A stretch of DNA of 49,818 nucleotides from Chlamydiae bacterium SM23_39 (GTDB taxonomy: Bacteria; Chlamydiota; Chlamydiia; Chlamydiales; SM23-39), in contig LJUH01000001.1 in NCBI GenBank assembly GCA_001303765.1, forward strand, positions 1-49,818. The letters are read 5' to 3'. Shown in pieces: positions 29,053 through 38,656 of this stretch. Position 1 is the first letter of the stretch. Each line of letters opens with the position of its first letter. Both the position numbers and the translations under genes were made by a program. The notes below the pieces were generated by a model. The model saw nothing but the letters and a program-made list of their open reading frames with translations, was not told where the DNA came from and made no database searches.

Positions 29053-29900
29053 TGCAAGATCTATTATCCTCCACCGACAACTATTTTTCTCTTCTTTTAA
29101 ACTATGCATCTGTTCATCCTACAAGCATTTTAGCAGCTTTTTTTTTAACTTTATCACGAATCTTACCTATTTTAATATTAGCTCCTTTCCTAGGTAGCAG
29201 AAATCTTCCTAATCCCATAAAAATAATGTTTGCAGTATCTTTATGCGTAATAATTCTTCCTAAAATAGTTTTATCTTTAAAAAAAGAACTTTTTTTAGAT
29301 TTAAATTTTGTTGGTTATGCTTTAAAAGAACTTCTCTTTGGTTTTATTTTAGGGTTTTTAGTAGCCATCCCTTTTTATATAGCTCAAGCTTCTGGTAGTT
29401 TAATTGATCATATTAGAGGATCTGCTTCCTTACAAGTTACTGACCCCACCACTCGTTCTCAAACAGGTCCTGTTGGAATATTCTATAACTATATTTTAAT
29501 AGTAGTATTTTTTTATATAGGAGGTCCCTTCTATTTTTTTAATGCTCTTTTTAATTCATTTGAGTTAATTCCTATCGATGGATTATTAAATCTCAATTTT
29601 TTCTCTTTAAAACTTCCTTTCTGGCAACTTATAATAACTCTTCTTCATCATCTTCTAAGCTTAGCTATACAATTAGGAGCCCCTTCTATTATTGGCATAT
29701 TAATGGCTGAAATGTTTTTAGGTATAGCAAATAGATTAGCTCCTCAAGTACAAATAGTATTTTTAGGAATCTCTCTAAAATCTTTCGTTGGATTAGCTCT
29801 TTTAGCCGCAGCCTGGTTTTTTATATTAAAACAGCTTGGAAAAGAATCTCTTTCATGGGTCAAAATAATGTCACAAACAATAAATCAAATAACACCTTAA
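29052..29900 (+). CDS. sctT: Type III secretion export apparatus protein SctT (FliR family)
   Basis: 282 aa and polytopic, with SGSLIDHIRG and MAEMFLGIANRLAPQVQIVFLG, in operon position after sctS. Confidence 0.88.
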   Translation: MQDLLSSTDNYFSLLLNYASVHPTSILAAFFLTLSRILPILILAPFLGSRNLPNPIKIMFAVSLCVIILPKIVLSLKKELFLDLNFVGYALKELLFGFILGFLVAIPFYIAQASGSLIDHIRGSASLQVTDPTTRSQTGPVGIFYNYILIVVFFYIGGPFYFFNALFNSFELIPIDGLLNLNFFSLKLPFWQLIITLLHHLLSLAIQLGAPSIIGILMAEMFLGIANRLAPQVQIVFLGISLKSFVGLALLAAAWFFILKQLGKESLSWVKIMSQTINQITP

Positions 29901-29904
29901 ATAT

Positions 29905-31098
29905 CTATTTTAATTTCATTATTATCTTTTTCAACTCTTCAACAAAAATATCTATATCTTTTTTAGTATTATATATACCAAAAGATACTCTTAAAGCTGA
30001 AGAAATATTAAATTTTCTCATTGTAGGTTGAGCACACATATGCCCTGATCTTACAGCAATATTTTTTGTATCTAAAAAAAGAGCTATATCTAATGGATGG
30101 ATATCTTTTAAATAAAAACTTACTAGGGAAGACTTATTATCTGCATTGCCAATAATAGTTATCTCTTCTATCTCTTTTAATTTTTTTTCTAAAAAAATTC
30201 TAAGCTCATTTTCATAAAATAAAATTTTTTCCAATCCAATTTTTTCTATATATTCCACTGCTTTTTTTAATCCAATAACTTGAGCAATCATAGAAGTCCC
30301 CGCTTCAAATCTCACAGGAGGTTTTTGATAAGTAGAAAAAAAAAGTTCTACACTATCTATCATATCACCTCCTCCTTTTATTGGAGGCATTTTTTCTAAT
30401 ACATTTTTCTTACCATAAAGCACTCCCACTCCTGTAGGACCATACATCTTATGTCCAGAAAAAGCATAGAAATCTGCATCTATTTTTCTAACATCTACTT
30501 TTAGATGAGCTATTGATTGTGCTCCATCTATTAAAACTAAAGCATTTTTTTTATGAGCTAGATCGATAATATTTTTAATATCATTAATAGTTCCTGTTGT
30601 ATTAGCTATATGAGCTACTGCTACAATCTTAGTTTTATCAGAAAGAATTTTTTTATAATGATCTAAAATTAATTCCCCTTTTTTATTCATAGGAATTATT
30701 TTTAATTTAGCTTTTTTTTCTTTCGCAACCATCTGCCAAGGAACTAAATTAGAATGATGTTCCATCTCACTTACAATTATCTCATCATCTTTTCTTATAT
30801 AATCTTTTGCAAGAGATCTTGCTACTAAATTAATAGAATCAGTAGTACCACTAGTAAATATGATCTCCTCATCACTAGCATTTATAAATTGAGCTATTTT
30901 TTTTCTAGATTCATTATAATATTTTGTAGCTTCATCTGATAATTTATATGCTCCTCTATGTACTGTTGCATAATATTTAGAATAAAAATCTTTTAATGTG
31001 TTTATAACACATATAGGCTTATGTGAAGTAGCTGCAGAGTCTAAATAAACAAGAGACTTTTGATATTTAAAAATTGGAAAATCTTTTTTTACATCCAT
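29905..31098 (-). CDS. sufS: Cysteine desulfurase SufS (class V aminotransferase, group II)
   Basis: YLDSAATSHKP, HHSNLVPWQ, FSGHKMYGPTGVGVLY (PLP lysine) and RSGHMCAQP (active-site Cys). Confidence 0.92.
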   Translation of the reverse strand: MDVKKDFPIFKYQKSLVYLDSAATSHKPICVINTLKDFYSKYYATVHRGAYKLSDEATKYYNESRKKIAQFINASDEEIIFTSGTTDSINLVARSLAKDYIRKDDEIIVSEMEHHSNLVPWQMVAKEKKAKLKIIPMNKKGELILDHYKKILSDKTKIVAVAHIANTTGTINDIKNIIDLAHKKNALVLIDGAQSIAHLKVDVRKIDADFYAFSGHKMYGPTGVGVLYGKKNVLEKMPPIKGGGDMIDSVELFFSTYQKPPVRFEAGTSMIAQVIGLKKAVEYIEKIGLEKILFYENELRIFLEKKLKEIEEITIIGNADNKSSLVSFYLKDIHPLDIALFLDTKNIAVRSGHMCAQPTMRKFNISSALRVSFGIYNTKKDIDIFVEELKKIIMKLK

Positions 31099-32068
31099 CT
31101 TTCAAAAAAATATTTTTAACATATTGTTTTAATTGTTGTTTTAAACTACTAACGTTTACCATTTTTATGATTTCTTTGCAAAAGCTTTTAATAAATAAAT
31201 ATTTGGCTTCTTTACATCCTATGCCTCTTGTTTTTAAATAAAAAAGATCTTCTTCTTTTAAATTAAACAAATTAGATCCATGATAAGCTTCTACCTCATC
31301 AGAAGAAATAACTAAAAAGGGACTACTTAAAACTTTTGCTTTTTCTTCTAAAATAAAATTTTTATTTAATAAAGAACAAAAAGAGTTTTTAGCTTTTTTT
31401 GTTATATAAACTTCAGATTTAAAATTTGAGATAGATTTCTTTTTTAAAATTACTTTAAATTTCTGTTGAGAAACTGTTTTTTCATTCTCATGTGTTACTT
31501 TTAAATCAAAAAAAGATCTATTTTTTTCTCTTAAAAGATTTAATCCATTTAAAAAAAACTTAGAATTTTTTTTATTTAAAGATATTTTAAAATCGAGGTA
31601 CTGCATATCGATGGAACCATAAGGATCTAAATTAAAAGGAAATATTTTTATATCAAAAGTAGAATCCTCTTCTAAGAAAGCATTAAAAAAATGAAAAATA
31701 GATAAGTTACAACATTTTGAAAAAAAATAATTTTTTTTCAAAATAGCTCCTTTTTTCAAATAAAATTCAATATTTTGATTTACCCATATTTTTTCTTTTT
31801 TTAAATTTATCATGTTAAAAAGGATCTCTGCTTGAGAATTTTCTTCTAATAAAACAACTATTTTAGGAAAGACTACATCATCTTTTTCTAAAATATTTAA
31901 AATTTGAATAGGTTTTTTTATATTTTTTTTTATTTTCACAAAAACACTATCAAAATTTTCAGATATATCTAAAAGATTTGAAATATGAGATAATTTTTTA
32001 CAAAAAAAACCATTAAACAAAATTAAATAAGAATTCAAATTATTAAAAAGATAATCTTTATAATTCAT
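31067..32068 (-). CDS. sufD: Fe-S cluster assembly protein SufD (divergent)
   Basis: It lies between sufC and sufS, with the C-terminal pattern EAYHGSNLFNLKEEDLFYLKTRGIGCKEAKYLFIKSF typical of SufB/D. I prefer ATG 32068 (preceded by AGAGGGG). The track ORF extends to ATG 32089. Confidence 0.7.
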   Translation of the reverse strand: MNYKDYLFNNLNSYLILFNGFFCKKLSHISNLLDISENFDSVFVKIKKNIKKPIQILNILEKDDVVFPKIVVLLEENSQAEILFNMINLKKEKIWVNQNIEFYLKKGAILKKNYFFSKCCNLSIFHFFNAFLEEDSTFDIKIFPFNLDPYGSIDMQYLDFKISLNKKNSKFFLNGLNLLREKNRSFFDLKVTHENEKTVSQQKFKVILKKKSISNFKSEVYITKKAKNSFCSLLNKNFILEEKAKVLSSPFLVISSDEVEAYHGSNLFNLKEEDLFYLKTRGIGCKEAKYLFIKSFCKEIIKMVNVSSLKQQLKQYVKNIFLKDGCKKRFSNF

Positions 32069-32777
32069 ATCCCCTCTTTTCCATTTCATATGCTAACTCA
32101 GCTCCCCCACTTTTTATTATTTTACCTCCAACAATTATATGAACCTTATCCACATCTATATAATCTAAAATTCTACTGCAATGAGTTATCACAATAAAAG
32201 TTTTACCCTCTTCTTTCATATTATTAATTTTTTTTGATACTATTTTTAAAGAATCGATATCTAATCCTGCATCTATTTCATCTAATACTATAAAATTAGG
32301 AGATAACATTTCCATTTGAAGTATCTCATTTTTTTTCTTTTCTCCTCCTGAAAATCCTAAATTTATTGCTTTATCTAGTAACTCTTTTCTCATTTTTAAA
32401 ATTTGCATTTTTTTTATTAAAATTTTTTCAAATTCTTTTTTATCTACCTCATTTTTTTTATTTTGATGATAAAGAGAATAAAAAAAATCAAACATAGAAA
32501 TATTTTCAATAACAGGAGGGTTTTGAAAACTAACAAAAATCTTTTTTTGAACTCTTTCCTCTAAAGATAAAAAAGATAGATCCATCCCATCATATATAAT
32601 TTCACCTTTTTTGATATTATAAACTGGATATCCAGCTAAAACTTGAGCTAAAGTAGATTTACCTACACCATTAGGTCCCATAATAATATGTATCTCTCCC
32701 TTTTTTATTGAAAGATTAAAATCTTTTAAAATATCTCTTTTTTCTATCTCTACTTGCAAACCAATAATTTCTAACAT
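32058..32777 (-). CDS. sufC: Fe-S cluster assembly ATPase SufC
   Basis: Walker A GPNGVGKST, ABC signature FSGGEKKKNEILQ and Walker B FIVLDEIDAGLD. Confidence 0.95.
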   Translation of the reverse strand: MLEIIGLQVEIEKRDILKDFNLSIKKGEIHIIMGPNGVGKSTLAQVLAGYPVYNIKKGEIIYDGMDLSFLSLEERVQKKIFVSFQNPPVIENISMFDFFYSLYHQNKKNEVDKKEFEKILIKKMQILKMRKELLDKAINLGFSGGEKKKNEILQMEMLSPNFIVLDEIDAGLDIDSLKIVSKKINNMKEEGKTFIVITHCSRILDYIDVDKVHIIVGGKIIKSGGAELAYEMEKRGYEL

Positions 32778-32779
32778 AA

Positions 32780-34174
32780 TTAACCCATCAAATTTTCTAA
32801 TTTTAAAAATAATAACTCTTTAGCTTCTAAAGCAAATTCATAAGGAATTTTTTCTATTACCTCACAACAAAATCCATTAACAATCATATTTATTGCCTTA
32901 TCTTTATCGATACCCCTCGTTTGAAGGTAAAATATCTTATCTTCATCTATTTTATAAATAGAAGCTTCATGCTCCACAGAACAAAGATTACTATCTCCTT
33001 CTATAGTAGGAAAGCTATAAGAATGACCTCCTTTTCCTATTAAAATAGAATCGCATCTAGAAAAATTTCTACTATTTTTAGCTTCAGGAAAAATTTTTAC
33101 CATGCTTCTATAAGTATTTCTTGATCTCCCCAATACAATACTTTTAGATAAAATAGTAGAAGAGCTATTTTCTCCTAAATGGATCATCCTTGTCCCAGTA
33201 TCTGTCTGCATAAACTTATCAGTAATAGAGACAGAATAAAATTCTCCTTTTGAATTTTTTCCTTCCAAAATACAGCTGGGATATTTCCAAGTTATTTTTG
33301 ATCCCATTTCTACCTGTGTCCATGATATTCTGGAATTTTCTCCTAAACATCTTCCTCTCTTTGTAACAAAATTATAAACACCACCAGGAGGCCCTGAATA
33401 CCAATTTTGAATAGTAGAATATTTTACATAAGCATTATCTAAAGCTATAATTTCTACAACGGCTGCATGTAATTGCTTTTCTTTAAAAGAAGAGGCTGTG
33501 CATCCTTCTAAATAACTTAAAGAAGAATTTTTTTCTGCTATTATTAAAGTTCTTTCAAATTGTCCAACATTTTTTTCATTAATTCTAAAATAAGTTGAAA
33601 GTTCAACTGGACATTGCACTCCTTCCGGCACAAATACAAAAGAACCATCTGAAAAAACAGCTGAATTTAATGCAGAATAAAAATTATCTTCACTTTTAAC
33701 AACAGTAGCTAAGTATTTTTTTATTATATCAGGATACTTTTGAATAGCTTCCGAAATAGAACACAAAATAACTCCATATTTTTTTAATTCTTCTTGAAAA
33801 GTAGTTCCAACAGACATTGAATTAAAAACGATATCTATTGCAAAATTTTTTTCTATATCTACTCCTAATCTATTTAATTCTTTCTTTACTTTAGGATCAT
33901 TTTTTTTTATTTTAGGTTTTGAAAAATAAGATATTTCTTGTAAATCTATTTTCTTAAAAAAAAGATTTCCCCAAGAAGGTTCTTGCATTTTTTTAAATTT
34001 TCTATAAGCATCCAACCTAAATTCTAATATAAAATCGGGTTCTTTTTTTTCTTTTGATATTTTTTTTATAATATCTTCAGATAATCCTTTTTCAAAGGTC
34101 TCCGATCTTATCTCAGATCTAAATCCATACCTATATTCAAGTTTTTTTTTAAAAAATTTTTGATCTATATTCAA
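32780..34174 (-). CDS. sufB: Fe-S cluster assembly scaffold SufB (apparent TTG start)
   Basis: 464 aa with YSALNSAVFSDGSFVFVP.GV, FERTLIIAE..S.LSYLEGCTA, HEASI.KIDEDKIFYLQTRGI....A..MIV.GFC. The first codon at 34174..34172 is TTG and there is no upstream ATG in frame. Confidence 0.93.
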   Translation of the reverse strand: MNIDQKFFKKKLEYRYGFRSEIRSETFEKGLSEDIIKKISKEKKEPDFILEFRLDAYRKFKKMQEPSWGNLFFKKIDLQEISYFSKPKIKKNDPKVKKELNRLGVDIEKNFAIDIVFNSMSVGTTFQEELKKYGVILCSISEAIQKYPDIIKKYLATVVKSEDNFYSALNSAVFSDGSFVFVPEGVQCPVELSTYFRINEKNVGQFERTLIIAEKNSSLSYLEGCTASSFKEKQLHAAVVEIIALDNAYVKYSTIQNWYSGPPGGVYNFVTKRGRCLGENSRISWTQVEMGSKITWKYPSCILEGKNSKGEFYSVSITDKFMQTDTGTRMIHLGENSSSTILSKSIVLGRSRNTYRSMVKIFPEAKNSRNFSRCDSILIGKGGHSYSFPTIEGDSNLCSVEHEASIYKIDEDKIFYLQTRGIDKDKAINMIVNGFCCEVIEKIPYEFALEAKELLFLKLENLMG

Positions 34175-34267
34175 AAAAACCTCTTAAGGTAATAGATTTT
34201 ATCCTATACTGAATAAATATGTCAATTTTTCAAAAAATAGATCATCTTAAAAAAATATTTACTATTA

Positions 34268-35020
34268 CTATTTACTTTTAATAGCTACCACTGTTGCATG
34301 ACGTCCTGTTATCTTATCTCTTCTATAAGAATAATAATCTTTTGGATTACAATAGGTACATATTTTACTTATCTCAATATTTTCTCTTTTAATTCCTAAA
34401 TCTAAAAGCTGAGATTCTGCAATATCCCAAAAATCAAATAGATAATGATCTTTCTGAAAAGCCCAATATTTTTTAGGAAAATCTTTTTTATAATTTTTAA
34501 ATTCGGAATGTTGGAAACATATGCTAGGAGAGATAGATACTAAAATATTATCTATTTGTGACCCTTCCCTTAAAAAATTCTCTACCATCTTACTATAAAT
34601 ATTGCCAATAATACCTCTCCATCCTGCATGAGCAATTCCAATAATCTGATTTTCCTTATCAAAAAAAATAGCTGCTTGACAATCCGCATGGGTCACAGCT
34701 AATCCAATATCTTTTTCTTTAGTATAAAGACCATCTGCTACTTTAAAATTTAAAAAATTATTTCTATCTATCTCAATAATCTTAATTCCATGTTCTTGTT
34801 TAGCAAACACCAAATTATCTACTCTCATATTTTTTTGAATAAAACTACGATTTACTTTTACATTATCAGGATGATCTCCTACAGAATCTGATAAGTTTAA
34901 AGAATTAAAAGCACCAGTGCTTGTTCCCCCATGTCTAAGAAAAACTTTTCCAATAACATCTGGATAATTAGCTAAAATATCAAAATCCAACCATTCTAAA
35001 TCTTTATTTTCAACTTCCAT
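34268..35020 (-). CDS. pgeF: PgeF/YfiH-family (DUF152, Cu-oxidase_4) purine nucleoside phosphorylase / peptidoglycan editing factor
   Basis: FAKQEHG, VTHADCQAAIFFD....IGIAHAGWRG and CTYC....YYSYRRD motifs. Confidence 0.88.
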   Translation of the reverse strand: MEVENKDLEWLDFDILANYPDVIGKVFLRHGGTSTGAFNSLNLSDSVGDHPDNVKVNRSFIQKNMRVDNLVFAKQEHGIKIIEIDRNNFLNFKVADGLYTKEKDIGLAVTHADCQAAIFFDKENQIIGIAHAGWRGIIGNIYSKMVENFLREGSQIDNILVSISPSICFQHSEFKNYKKDFPKKYWAFQKDHYLFDFWDIAESQLLDLGIKRENIEISKICTYCNPKDYYSYRRDKITGRHATVVAIKSK

Positions 35021-35135
35021 ATATTTTTCCTCTTACAAAAGAGTAGAATACTTTTTATTTTATGTCGATAAAAACCATTTTTTCAAAAATTTTTATTTGA
35101 AAAAATAAAAATATAAATTATTCTTTTGATTAATA

Positions 35136-35792
35136 ATGAAAAAGTTATTTTTTCTAAGTATTTTTTTTGTTTCCTCTTTTGTGCAAGGTGGCTGTAGAGA
35201 TGTTTTTCATGAGTATTTACAACCAATATGTGATTTATATCATAATACTAAACATGATTATTATTTAGCGCTTCCCAAACCATTATCAGACTGGCAAATT
35301 TATGATGATCAAAAAAAAGATGAAATAGTTGTTTCTTATAAAAATATTCCTTTTTTTTCTGTTTTAGCTATTGAAGGGAAAAATGATATTGATTGTACTA
35401 AACACTATAGATACAAAAGCAAATTATTAGAAATTGCAAAATCTATAGCACAAAATGCAAAGAAAGGTTTGCAAATTGAAAAAGCGGTATTTAAAAAAAA
35501 TTTAGAAGAGCTCGACATATATTATATTTTTATAGAAGGAAATGTTAATGGAAAAAAATCTTATCACTTTATTACTTCTTTGGATTATCAATGGTTTGAT
35601 TTTTTTACTGATGTAGATGAAAAATATAATGAATGTTTAGAGGAAAAATTAGATAAGTTTTTTATGGACCTTATCAAAAATTTTGATGAAGAAGAAGATG
35701 AGGATGAATATGAAGAAGATGAAGCTTATGATGCTGCAAATTTTTTATTTGAGATGTTTGCTATAGATCTTTATACTAAAAATTCTTTTTAA
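35136..35792 (+). CDS. Hypothetical secreted protein with strongly acidic C-terminal tract
   Basis: It has a signal peptide MKKLFFLSIFFVSSFVQG and NFDEEEDEDEYEEDEAYD near the C-terminus. I recognise no family. Confidence 0.5.
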   Translation: MKKLFFLSIFFVSSFVQGGCRDVFHEYLQPICDLYHNTKHDYYLALPKPLSDWQIYDDQKKDEIVVSYKNIPFFSVLAIEGKNDIDCTKHYRYKSKLLEIAKSIAQNAKKGLQIEKAVFKKNLEELDIYYIFIEGNVNGKKSYHFITSLDYQWFDFFTDVDEKYNECLEEKLDKFFMDLIKNFDEEEDEDEYEEDEAYDAANFLFEMFAIDLYTKNSF

Positions 35793-35825
35793 AGTTTAAA
35801 ATAAATTTTTTCCAACAGTCATATT

Positions 35826-36986
35826 TTAAGAAGAAAGAATCAATTCCAATCCAATAGCTGCCCCTATAGCAATAGCATCTTCATCCACATCAAATTTAGA
35901 AGAATGCGATATCTCAAAAATATTTTTTTCTTCGTTCCTAGCACCTAAAAAGAAAAAAGCGCCTTCTACCTTTTGAAGGTAATAAGAAAAATCTTCACCG
36001 CAAAGAGTATTTTCATATTTAGTATCTACATTTTTTTTGCCAACAATTTTTTCAGCAACTTCTATTACTCTTTTAGTTCCATATTCTTTATTTATTACGG
36101 AGGTATAAGCTCTAGCAAAATCAAATTCACATTTATATCCTTGCATTTTTAAGCTTTTAACACTATTCCACATAAACTCTTCTATTAAATTCATATCTTC
36201 CTTACTATATGATCTAACAGTACCTGATAACTCAGCTTTATCAGATATTACATTATGTATATTTCCTGAGATAAACTTACTTACACTTAAAAGTGTAAAA
36301 TGTGTAGCATTGATTCTTCTAGTTATGATTGATTGCCATAAATTTATTAAATTAACAGCTGCTAAAAGAGGATCTAATCCAATATGAGGCGTAGCTGCAT
36401 GGGTTCCCTTCCCCTTTAAAATAAGATCAAAATTAGCTACATTTGCCGTCACTGCTCCCTCTTTTATCTTAATTTTTCCTGTTTCAATACTAATATCTTT
36501 ATGAAACCCATATATCTCATCAACATCTTCTAAACACCCCTCCTTTATCATTCCTAAAGCTCCTCCTGGAGGATTTTCTTCATTTGGTTGAAAAATAAAT
36601 CTAACATTACATGATAATTTTTTCTTATTTTTAACAACCAACTTAGCAATTAAAAGAGCTGCTGCCATATGTGCATCATGCCCACACATATGCGCAACAC
36701 CTGGAATTTTCGATACAAAAGAATGGGTATTCTCTTCTTTAACTGGTAAAGCATCCATATCAGTTCGCCATGCTATAGTTTTTTTAGTTTTATCTATTAT
36801 AAGATCTGCAATAAATCCATAGCCCCAACATTTTTTTATTTTATATCCTAAAAATCTCATGACCTCTTGACAATATAAAGAAGTATTTTTTTCTTGCATT
36901 CCCAATTCTGGATACATATGTAAAAAACGCCTATGCTTAACAGCCCAATTTAATTCTTCAAAAGCACTTTCTTTAATATTGGCCAT
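35826..36986 (-). CDS. M20-family amidohydrolase (N-acyl-L-amino-acid amidohydrolase / hippurate hydrolase type, M20D)
   Basis: RR.LH..PEL...E, AWRTDMDALP, HMCGHDAHMAAALL, FIFQPNEE.PPGGA and HS..FD.DE. Confidence 0.85.
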   Translation of the reverse strand: MANIKESAFEELNWAVKHRRFLHMYPELGMQEKNTSLYCQEVMRFLGYKIKKCWGYGFIADLIIDKTKKTIAWRTDMDALPVKEENTHSFVSKIPGVAHMCGHDAHMAAALLIAKLVVKNKKKLSCNVRFIFQPNEENPPGGALGMIKEGCLEDVDEIYGFHKDISIETGKIKIKEGAVTANVANFDLILKGKGTHAATPHIGLDPLLAAVNLINLWQSIITRRINATHFTLLSVSKFISGNIHNVISDKAELSGTVRSYSKEDMNLIEEFMWNSVKSLKMQGYKCEFDFARAYTSVINKEYGTKRVIEVAEKIVGKKNVDTKYENTLCGEDFSYYLQKVEGAFFFLGARNEEKNIFEISHSSKFDVDEDAIAIGAAIGLELILSS

Positions 36987-37051
36987 GAAAAAACTCCTTA
37001 TAAGGTAAAAAGATGTTTATATATTTTTTTATATTAAATGCAAAGAAAATT

Positions 37052-38656
37052 TCATTGTTTTTTATATTTTTGATAAAAAATATCTAAAAGATTACTTACA
37101 TTTTTACCAATTTCCTTATAACATTCATCAGGAAGGTTAGCTAAAGAGATCCTCATAGACCATTTAGGCCCAGCAAATCCTTTGCCAGGAAGTAATATAG
37201 TCAATTTTTCTTCCGCTAACTTAAATAAAAACTCTAAAGGATCAATATTTTTCTCTAAATAATCCGCAAAATCTTTTGAATATTTTATCTTTGCTATCTT
37301 TCTAAGATCTATCAAAGAATAATAATAGGTGTTACCTTTTTCTTCTGGTATAGGTATTTTTAGATTATTATAAAAATCATTTATCCTTTTTTTTAATTTT
37401 TCATGTATCTTTTTTTTATACTCTTTTTTTTCATCCATAAGCTCATAAAGAGCAAAGAGAGTCATAATAGATTGTTGAGGACCTGAAAGTCCTCCGGTAT
37501 GAGCTAAAGCTTCATCTCTACTATCTAGTTCCAGCCTTTCAATAAAAATAACTTCTCTTGGATTAGCTGCAACCATACCATATCTTTTATCTAACTCTTT
37601 TTTTTCTTTTTCTGGTAACTTTTTTATCAACTTATCTATTATATTATTTTTATGTAACATAATAAGACCCAACCTCCATCCAGTAACACCAAAATATTTA
37701 GAAAAAGAATATATACAAACAACATTTTCAGGCAGTTCTTTCACTAAAGAATGAAACTTTTCAACAAAAGTAGCATATACCGTATCAGTAAAAATAATAA
37801 GATCTTTTCTTTCATTCTTAACAAATTCAACTACAGTCTTCATAATATCATCGCTCATAACAACAGATGTAGGGTTAGCTGGATTAACTAAATAAACAGC
37901 TTTTATGTTTGGATCTTTTAATTTTTCTAATTCTTTTATTGGTACTTGCCAATGCAATTCCTCTTTAGATTGCAATAAGACCTCTACCAAATCAAAACCA
38001 GAGAGAGTGGGCATTTCTAAATAAGGAGAAAAAATAGGAGTAATTATTGCTACCTTATCCTTTTTTTCAAAAATTTTATTTATTTTAAGAGATTTAAAAA
38101 GATATACCATAGCTGCAGCTGCTCCCTCTGTAGCAAAAAGATCAAACATCTCTTCTCTAAAATCATTATTTAATCCTAAGATTTGAAATAGATATCTTTT
38201 TAAAATTTTTTCCATTAATGGAAATATTCTAGGTGGAGAAGGATAAAAATCTCCTAAAGCAGCATCAACCATTGTAAATACAAAATCATCAGGAGAAAAA
38301 TTAAATTTTTCAATAGAATAATCTATAGCTTTTTTTAAAAACTGAACTTCTATATGATCTTTTTTTTTCTCTAAAAACTCATTTAATTTTTCATATATTT
38401 TATTTTTTTCAGGCCTATTTCCTAAATCCTCTTCTTTAAAACTATTAGCTAATTCAGAAGCAAATAAAATAAGATAAGAAAAACTTTTTCTTACTAAAGT
38501 ATTTAAAAAATTAGGATTTCCTCTCCCTGCATTAAGAACTCTTACTTTTTCTCCCTTTTTTATCTTAATCTCACATGATTTATTAGCTATATCTATAAGC
38601 TCATTTTTTATTTCAAAAGGGCTCATTTTTTTATATTTTTCAAAATTTTTATTCAT
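37052..38656 (-). CDS. asdA: Aspartate 4-decarboxylase (bifunctional aspartate aminotransferase / L-aspartate beta-decarboxylase)
   Basis: About 534 aa from ATG 38656 (AAGGA upstream). MNKNFEKYKKMSPFEIKNELIDIA...LNAGRGNPNFLNT parallels the remembered AsdA N-terminus (...LSPFELKDELIKIA...LNAGRGNPNFL). It has a fold-type I PLP core (YSFSKYFGVTGWRLG). The size is typical of AsdA and unlike ordinary aminotransferases of about 400 aa. Confidence 0.8.
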   Translation of the reverse strand: MNKNFEKYKKMSPFEIKNELIDIANKSCEIKIKKGEKVRVLNAGRGNPNFLNTLVRKSFSYLILFASELANSFKEEDLGNRPEKNKIYEKLNEFLEKKKDHIEVQFLKKAIDYSIEKFNFSPDDFVFTMVDAALGDFYPSPPRIFPLMEKILKRYLFQILGLNNDFREEMFDLFATEGAAAAMVYLFKSLKINKIFEKKDKVAIITPIFSPYLEMPTLSGFDLVEVLLQSKEELHWQVPIKELEKLKDPNIKAVYLVNPANPTSVVMSDDIMKTVVEFVKNERKDLIIFTDTVYATFVEKFHSLVKELPENVVCIYSFSKYFGVTGWRLGLIMLHKNNIIDKLIKKLPEKEKKELDKRYGMVAANPREVIFIERLELDSRDEALAHTGGLSGPQQSIMTLFALYELMDEKKEYKKKIHEKLKKRINDFYNNLKIPIPEEKGNTYYYSLIDLRKIAKIKYSKDFADYLEKNIDPLEFLFKLAEEKLTILLPGKGFAGPKWSMRISLANLPDECYKEIGKNVSNLLDIFYQKYKKQ

